A stretch of DNA of 59,811 nucleotides, the filler included, from Catajapyx aquilonaris (Eukaryota), in NCBI GenBank assembly GCA_000934665.2. It is 2 parts of 2 records of this genome, joined end to end, with 100 filler letters (N's around TTAATTAATTAA, not from the genome) between each part and the next. Parts side by side here need not be neighbours in the genome. Positions count along the whole stretch, not along the records: positions 29,865 to 59,811 come from JYFJ02004742.1; 1 more part is not named here. One strand, given 5' to 3'. The notes beneath the pieces are model-generated. The model was not told where the DNA came from. It saw only the letters and a list, made by a program, of their open reading frames with translations, and did not search any database. Below, one piece after another: positions 53,023-59,811 of this stretch (position 1 is the stretch's first letter; every line of letters begins with the position of its first letter). The translations under genes were made by a program, and so were the position numbers.

Positions 53023-53089
53023 AAATAAGACTTTGCTACAATAACGTTATTGTAACAAAGTCTTATTTGTTATTGTACAATAACAAATA
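53023..53089. repeat. Two overlapping spacer-less palindromes (46 bp and 26 bp)
   Basis: 53023-53068 (one mismatch) and 53064-53089 (perfect). Confidence 0.9.
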
Positions 53090-54097
53090 CCGAGAATTGT
53101 AAATTAACTCAGAAAGCTCCATATCACATAATTATATATTACTTGGAACTATTTTTATGGTAAATAATCACAATGATAAAACAAAAAAGGATTTACCGAA
53201 ATAACATTGACCCTCACTATATTTCAATAAATTGTGTCGAATAATTCATATTTCACTAGTAATGTAGATATCTGATATTGACAAAACATTGCCCTCGTAC
53301 ATTATAACTGGCTTACTTGAACAAAGTTTTATTCCCAACATAAGAGTAATTTGATAATCCAGATGAAAATAATGTCGGGGATATGATGCTAAGAAGTTTC
53401 CACACTCCAATCACATTTTTCCTTCACAATGTAATTATGTTTCTGGTCTTTAAAAAACTTTGACCTTTACCTTATAAGATTGTGGTAACATCATGAGTTT
53501 CATTAGCCTTGTTGCTTTTCTGAGTTTTTTAAGAAGACACAGTAACTGAACTAACTGCAAGTAATTAAGACACTCGAATATGCTTCTCTTTGGAATTATG
53601 ACAACAGTTAGAACCAGGCTGGGTATTTTGTGCAAAAGCAAGTTTTGATAGCACCCAGCACATTATGCAAATTGGCCTTGTAAACATAATTATGTAGTCA
53701 TATCTGAGTTGCTCCTAGTCCTGTTTACATATGCTCCAATACATGTCATTTAACAGAGTCACTGCTCATGATAGCAGATAACACCGCTCTGTAATGGCTG
53801 CGGCATTTCAACCTTACAACATAAAAATCAACCTATTATCACTCAATAATGTACAAAGGAGATAGTAGGTCAACCTTATACATTCCACATGCCCTACTAC
53901 TCCACGTCATTATCTCTGTGTTCCCCATACAATAAATTTTTTTCATGGAAGGGAGCAGGGGAGAAGGGTGGTGAAGCAGTATCTCCTTCTAATCTCCTGA
54001 ACTTGCGAATGCCTGATAGATTAACAGCTCCTTTTCTCTCTCTCTCTCTCTGGTTCATATCTGGAATTGATTGGATGGCACCAGTACCCATTCTAAG

Positions 54098-55178
54098 ATG
54101 GTGGCCTTCCAGGGAGTCGGTGCCAGCTGCCCGCGGGGCAGCCCCTGCCACACTGAAATTGTGGGATGCTGCGCTGAGTGGGGAGATGTGTGCTGCAATG
54201 TGCAGAGCAGCTTCTGCTGTGAGGAAGGCTGCTGCTTGATGGCGCAGGACCCACAGTTTTGGAAGTGGTGTGAGTCCTATCCATATAATATCATCGGTGC
54301 TGAATGTTGTGTTGTAATAAAGCGTTGCTCGTTGCTCATTGTCACATCAGGTGGGCTGCAATGAAACATATGTAATGGGCTTTAAATTACAGTTTGGGTA
54401 GTGACTGTCCTCCTGGCCATCCTGATTGTCCTCCTGATGTGCATGGTTTGTCGCTGCTACCACAATAAGGAGAGTCAGCTTCAGCAACAGTCACAGCAAC
54501 AGCACCCGAGACCTGCAAGGCCCCGACGGGCTGTCTACGAAGTCCTGGCAGGTCAGGTCTTCCCTGCCTACACGGTCGTTCCAGGAGCTATGGGCTACCA
54601 GGCACATCCCAACTCCATTGTGTGGTATTCACCGAGGGGTTCAAGGAGAGGGAGCGAAGGCGGAAGGATGATCCCCAGGATGTTGCCCATCAGGCCCATT
54701 GACTTGACCTCCGCAGCCATGGAACATCTGAACCAGCAAGGGCTGGTAGTAACCAGAAGTCCACCACCGCCTTATGAGGTATGGGCTACTAACTAAGCAC
54801 AAAACTGTTGAAAGTACAGATCCTAATAAGTGTAATCAAGTGTAATTCAGCTTTCTGAAATTTAAAAATCTTAAATTGCCATACAAAATTGCAAAGGCAG
54901 ACTAATACTCATTAACAACATTTCAGAGAGCACCACCTACTTATGATGAAAGTGAGGCCCAACCTCTTCTTTCACAAGAAAGTTTGCAACCATCACAACA
55001 GTCTCTACAACTGGACCCAGGGACACAACAGCCTCAACTCTCACTACAACGATCACAAGAGCAACAGCAAAACTCACAAGAACAACCGCAGTGCTCACAA
55101 GGACATCCAGAACAATCACAAGAGCATGTGTCACAATCTGAAGAAACATCACAAGAAGCGGCTGCAGTGAATACGTGA
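54098..55178 (+). CDS. Cys-rich single-pass membrane protein with PPxY motifs (Shisa/VOPP1/WBP1-like architecture), ~269 aa; N-terminus possibly incomplete
   Basis: Exons 54098-54269, 54393-54778 and 54927-55178 (810 nt in frame): 10-Cys ectodomain, TM FWVVTVLLAILIVLLMCMV, juxtamembrane CRC, PPPPY|E-RAPPTY, Gln-rich tail. Confidence 0.8.
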
Positions 55179-56078
55179 TGTGCTCTCAAAGACACCGGAA
55201 TAGCTCACTCAATTACAATTATAAAAATATCCATATACTGTGTAGAACTCAGGTACAATATTTGGCCCTAACTTTCATAGTGTACATTGTTGTGTATCTC
55301 TTTGGATGCATTTTGCGGTAGCCTACATCAAGGTGGTCCATGTCAGGTAATGAAAAGTATTAATCATTTCGTTAATAAACAGCTGACATTTATAATAAAT
55401 TAATATGCTAGTTTATTGGCCTGAAAATAATTTTGCATTACCCTGAATATTTTTTTTTATAGTTCTAAAATAATTCACTTACGCGGCGTACGGTACATTC
55501 ATATTTTTCCACATGCTTTCTACATTTTCAGCCCTTCGCTGGAGCAACTTGCTTGTACTTTGTGCTAGCAACTAGTCATACTTTGTGCATTCCATTATTA
55601 AAAATTGTTACCATAAGCTGCAATATTTCATGTTATTAAAAAAAAGTTTGTATGAGCATTAATCACGTCGCTGTTCACACCAATCACGGCTATTCACCAA
55701 TCGCGTCCAATATTTTTCACGCTTTAAGCCTTATTGTGCAGTAACACACTCACGTATTAATACCCATGTAGGCAAATTTTAATCGTATTTAACATATTTA
55801 AAGGCTAATTGTAAAATTCACAGGACACGAGTAACCATTTTTACTGGGCACAGAATAGCGCTTAATGACCTGCATGAAAACAACTGAGCATCGTTTTTCC
55901 AAAATGGCTGCTCCCTTGTGAGACCTGAACACGTTGATTTTTAATTGATCGATTGATTGACGATTTTAAAGGTAAAAGAATGTTATCAGGGTATTTGCAA
56001 AAGGGTCGTGCTAACACCACAGTTTGGCCCACAGTTTCAGACTCCTCCGGAGAGAGAGATAGAGAGAAGCTCAGCAGA

Positions 56079-57333
56079 ATGAAGGTCCAGGCCAAACGGC
56101 AAGTGCAGGCTCCCGGGCTCAAGAAGGTTATGAAGAAGAGGAAAAATCCTAGTGGATTTATCATAGACACCAAACCATCAGTTCCACAGTGGTCGGTAAC
56201 CATCGTAGAAAATGTCACCAGGAATGCGCTGGGTTCAGGGATGCAGGGCGCAACTAGGGAGCGGAGGAAGCGGCAGAAAGCAAACTGGAGGGAGGAGCTG
56301 GAGGACGCTGAGAAGGTTGTCCGCTTGTACGTCCACATGCCCAAGATGATTAAGAGCTACAAGGAAGTCCATTCGTTGCATCCGGACATCGTGAGGGTGA
56401 AGAAGCCGAAGGTTCGCTACAGCCGGTTTTGCTACGTGTACGCAAAGGATGATGAGGGTGCCCAGCGAGTCATGGCTGACCTGAACGGGAAGTGGCTGGG
56501 CAATGGGAAGGTCGTTGTTGCGGAGCCACAAGAAGTGAAGAAAGAAGACAAGCTTGATCACACAAGGTGAAGAGATTATTACAGAACTAAGGTCATTTTG
56601 TCTGATTGAATATTTTGGTATATTGCCCACCTTTACGCATTGGCGAAAACCTCCATGATTAGTTTTGACAATAATTTTTAGCACAGTGAAAAAGTGAAAC
56701 GAAGTGTTCAATTTCAAAATTTCAATTAAATGCTACTTTTGCCAGAATGCAACACTTTGTGTAGCAATTTTTAGTTGAAAAATTGCAAAGTGTGGCTCTC
56801 AAGCCGTTATTTCTCAGTTGGCGATATTGCAGAATAATTAATTTCACTTTTTCACCTAATAACACCGAAAGTTGTCACAATATGTGCATAATCGTGCACA
56901 TTTCAAAATATTACCAGTGGCTTTAAATGTTACCCAAATACTTGTTAAAACATGAGATGCGTACATTCCCAATACTTCAAATCACTTCATTCCATGCATA
57001 GGTTGTTTGTCAGTGGCATCCCGAACTCTGCTACGAAGGAAGACCTGAAGAAACTTTTTCCAGACTCGGCATCAGTCTTTATCGTTCACAGACCAAAGAG
57101 TGATCAACAGTAAGTAGCAACAGATCTGTGTAATGTGTAATTTTTTTCTAATGAAAGGAAATATCTGCAGGTATGGTTTCGTGAGCTTCAAGGACAGTGC
57201 TGCAGCTCTAGCAGCCATGGCTGGTAGACATATGATCCAACGTTCCAAAATTCAGGTGACTCTTGCCAAAAAGAATGACCGAATCGAGGAGAAGAAGAAG
57301 AAGTGGCGTGCCAGAAAGAAAGGTTGTAAATAG
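56079..57333 (+). CDS. Basic 2-RRM RNA-binding protein (nucleolin/modulo-like), ~252 aa
   Basis: Exons 56079-56566, 57002-57109 and 57171-57333 (759 nt). RRM1: RLYVHM..RFCYVYA. RRM2: RLFVSGIPNSATKEDLKKLFP..QYGFVSF. K/R-rich termini. Start codon uncertain. Confidence 0.8.
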
Positions 57334-57782
57334 GATGGAATAAACATCACGTCCTGTGAATAATTGCCATTCATATAACCTATGCTGCACCAACCAGGGA
57401 GTCTATTCTGGTTGAAATACCCGAACACCGTCATTTCAAATAACACTATGTGACACCCCCCACTTTAAAATTATGCAGAACGGATTAGAAATATTTCGAA
57501 TCAAATATTTTTTGATGGGTGACTTCGGGTTGCTTAGGAGGGAAAGAAATCACAAACCTGTACACCTTAAACTGATAGGAAAAAATACAACGAGAAAGAT
57601 TGTGCAACATTTTTCTTGACGAGGACATGAAAACCTAGTACCGAATGTAAGATTTAAAGAATTTCTGACTTTGAGGGGGAAAATAAACAATGTTGTTGTC
57701 AAAATTCAACAAAATCTTCAAACAACCATTCATGCATCGCCAAAAAATAAAATTACAAATAAAACTTGACAAGCTAATCATT

Positions 57783-58218
57783 CAATCTTGAGAACTCTTG
57801 GCGTCAATGACAGCCTGACACCTGCAAAGCGTCAAGGTGACCAACTTGTCCAACACCGATTGTTGGATATTCTTCCATGCTCTCTCCAGTTACTTGAACT
57901 TATCGGTGGTACTGATGCTCTGTTGTTCTTCAGATGAAGATACCTATCCTCCCAGAGGTTCTTGATTTGGTTTAGGTCCGCAGACCGGCTTGGCCAATCC
58001 ATTACGGCCACCCTTTCTGGTGCGACTTGGTATGGCCTATGTGCTCGAAGGAGTGCTTTGGGTCGTTGTCATGTCGGTGCAGGAGAGAATGGCCACACAC
58101 ACACATTGCAAACGGACACATGATGCCTTGGAGGATATCCCTGTACATCTCCTTGGTCATGATACCGATATTCCGGTGCAGGGGACAGACTCCAAAAAGA
58201 GATGAAGCAGCTCCATTT
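57783..58218 (-). pseudogene. Tc1 transposase remnant (C-terminal DDE half)
   Basis: WSCF..GVCPLHRNIGIMTKEMYRDILQ..HDNDPKHS..MDWPSRSADLNQIKNLWE..CRCQAVIDAK, with frameshifts. Confidence 0.88.
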
Positions 58219-58221
58219 TAA

Positions 58222-58495
58222 CTACGTACATACAGAGACAGTGGCCCAATGTCATCTGGATAGACGAATCGAAGTGTCTGATGTTTGGAACAGATGGAAT
58301 GGCCTACGTCCGTCATCCCAAAGGTGCTTATATCCATCCCAAGTGCAGTGGGCCGACCAACAAGCATGGCAGAGGATTCCTGACTGTCGGGGGCTTCTTC
58401 AGCTTCTTTGGAGTTGGTCTCCTTCACTGGATTGTCGGTATCATGACCAAGGAAGTGTAGAGGGATATCCTCCAAGACCACACGTGGCCATACTT
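58222..58495 (+). pseudogene. Tc1 transposase remnant (first catalytic Asp region)
   Basis: QWPNVIWIDESKCLMFGTDGMAYVRHPKG..PTNKHGRGFLTVGGFFSFFGVG..GIMTKEV*RDILQDH. Confidence 0.85.
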
Positions 58496-58692
58496 TCACT
58501 AATATTCCCCGAAGTCATTATTTTTTTTGTAGCTTGTTTTGCCCCTCATCAGTTTCCCTATTCTATAGCAACTGCTATATCCAATTGCTGGGATTAATGA
58601 GGCAACTGATTAGGGGAACAAGCTACAAAAAAATAACCACTTCTGGCAATATTAGTGATAAGAAAAGTGACCCATGAACTTGGAACACCCTG
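58494..58692. mobile_element. Left-truncated hairpin MITE with a Tc1/mariner-type right end
   Basis: TCACTAATATT..TTTTTTGTAGCTTGTT pairs with AACAAGCTACAAAAAA..AATATTAGTGA; ends TGGAACACCCTG|TA. Confidence 0.65.
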
Positions 58693-59085
58693 TACATGTT
58701 TGGCCAGGCTACCTGACACACTTCCACACCTCTGAGAGCCCTGAAAACTTTCACACTGATGCTAAACTTGCATGTGATTGAGCGAGAAGTAATAAAACTG
58801 CACTTTTTAAAGTCTAAATGCCGAAACACCAGACACAGAGAATGGAAAGAAACACTGAAGTGTTCATAGACACATGGTTTTTGAGGGTTAAAACCACTAT
58901 TGAGACAAAAGTAATGGACCCGTACATATTCTTATATTTTTCGTGAAAATAATAAAGGGAATCCTAAGAGTCAACAGCGTGTGCCATTCATAATAACCTT
59001 GGCACCCATGATTAAAAGTATCTTCCAAGATGAATGTGATTAATTTAATGATGGGGGTGGGGCAGATGTGAGCAGAGGAGATGAA

Positions 59086-59504
59086 TCATTCATCATCGTC
59101 CTCGTCATCCTCCTCTTCGTCGTCATCCTCGTCATCATCCTCGTCATCATCCTCATCCTTCCCAACTACTACTGGCACTTTGACAGCTGTGACCAGGTTT
59201 CCTTCAGCCGACTCCTGATTAAAAACAATTAATTAGCCACCAATCATGCCACTGCATTACTGAATGAGAAGAGACGAGCATCATCATTTGCAAAAATGCA
59301 CATGCTGCAATCAATTTACACCTCATTAAATAGTGCTATGCCTTTTTGTGTGACACCCTAGCACCCACTATGCAGGAAAATAATGTAGTTTCTTACCTCA
59401 TCATCGTCGTCGTCTTCGTCGTCGGAGTCATCTCCATCATTGTCGTCGGAGTCTTCATCATCATCACCTTCTTCTTCTTCATCATCGTCTTCCTTTACAG
59501 GAAC
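59086..59504 (-). CDS. Last two exons of a gene extending beyond the window; Asp/Glu-rich C-terminus
   Basis: Exons 59504-59397 (VPVKEDDDEEEEGDDDEDSDD..) and 59214-59086 (ESAEGNLVTAVKVPVVVGKDEDDDE..E*), phase-0 GT-AG junctions. Confidence 0.8.
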
Positions 59505-59811
59505 CTGAAATCATTATAAAACATCAGTTTCGTTCACTTCTTTCTTCAATGAATTAAGGTAAAAAAAATAATTATTCATCTGGTGAATAATAACCAGTAC
59601 AAAAAAACCCATACGAAATGATAGGTGGACAAACACTAACTGATCAGTTTCGAAAAAATCTCATGAAAATATGTACAGAGCCATGAAAAGATTGACAAGA
59701 CTAAATGCTTCTCTACATTTCTTGCAATTGTTTGAAAAAAAAAAAAAAATCCTTTATTTATTTTTTATTGATCGGTGTTACATTTTTGTTGCCTATTCAT
59801 TTGAATCGCCC

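Noticed and set aside
54943..55170. His/Asn/Lys-rich 75-aa ORF resembling an antimicrobial peptide
   Set aside because: It is an alternative frame of the Gln-rich last exon of the membrane protein.
58218..58499. 93-aa minus-strand ORF with a partial copy on the plus strand
   Set aside because: It is the antisense reading of the Tc1 transposase remnants.
4335..59504. A functional gene cluster (stress, apoptosis or immunity) formed by codanin, Siva, spz4, 4E-BP and NFU1
   Set aside because: The pathways are unrelated, orientations are mixed, an assembly gap intervenes, and the sequence gives no evidence of co-regulation.

Overview
This is AT-rich, intron-containing eukaryotic DNA from an arthropod (a spatzle-4 gene is present; the species cannot be determined from sequence alone). 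It is not prokaryotic, and most short ORFs in the track are artefacts. Manual splicing at GT..AG junctions gives frame-consistent models for codanin-1 (-), Siva (+), spatzle-4 (+), a ~966-aa secreted Thr/Pro/Ser-rich mucin-like orphan (+), 4E-BP (-), NFU1 (-), a Cys-rich single-pass membrane protein with two PPxY motifs (+), a 2-RRM nucleolin/modulo-like protein (+), and the acidic 3' end of a gene running off the window (-). The left 30 kb is dense with non-autonomous DNA transposons (TTAA, hAT, Tc1/mariner, Tigger, Sola-like, Helitron-like), ~1.1-kb fold-backs and tRNA-derived SINEs, several of them nested and with readable target-site duplications (TSDs). A 100-bp artificial assembly spacer lies at 29765-29864. 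I see no clear new multi-gene system. The best leads are the CC-doublet/PPxY membrane protein, a Tigger4/MER46-like element, the ACAAG-ended fold-backs, and the palindromes that appear to have arisen by template switching. All family assignments come from motif recall, not from database searches.
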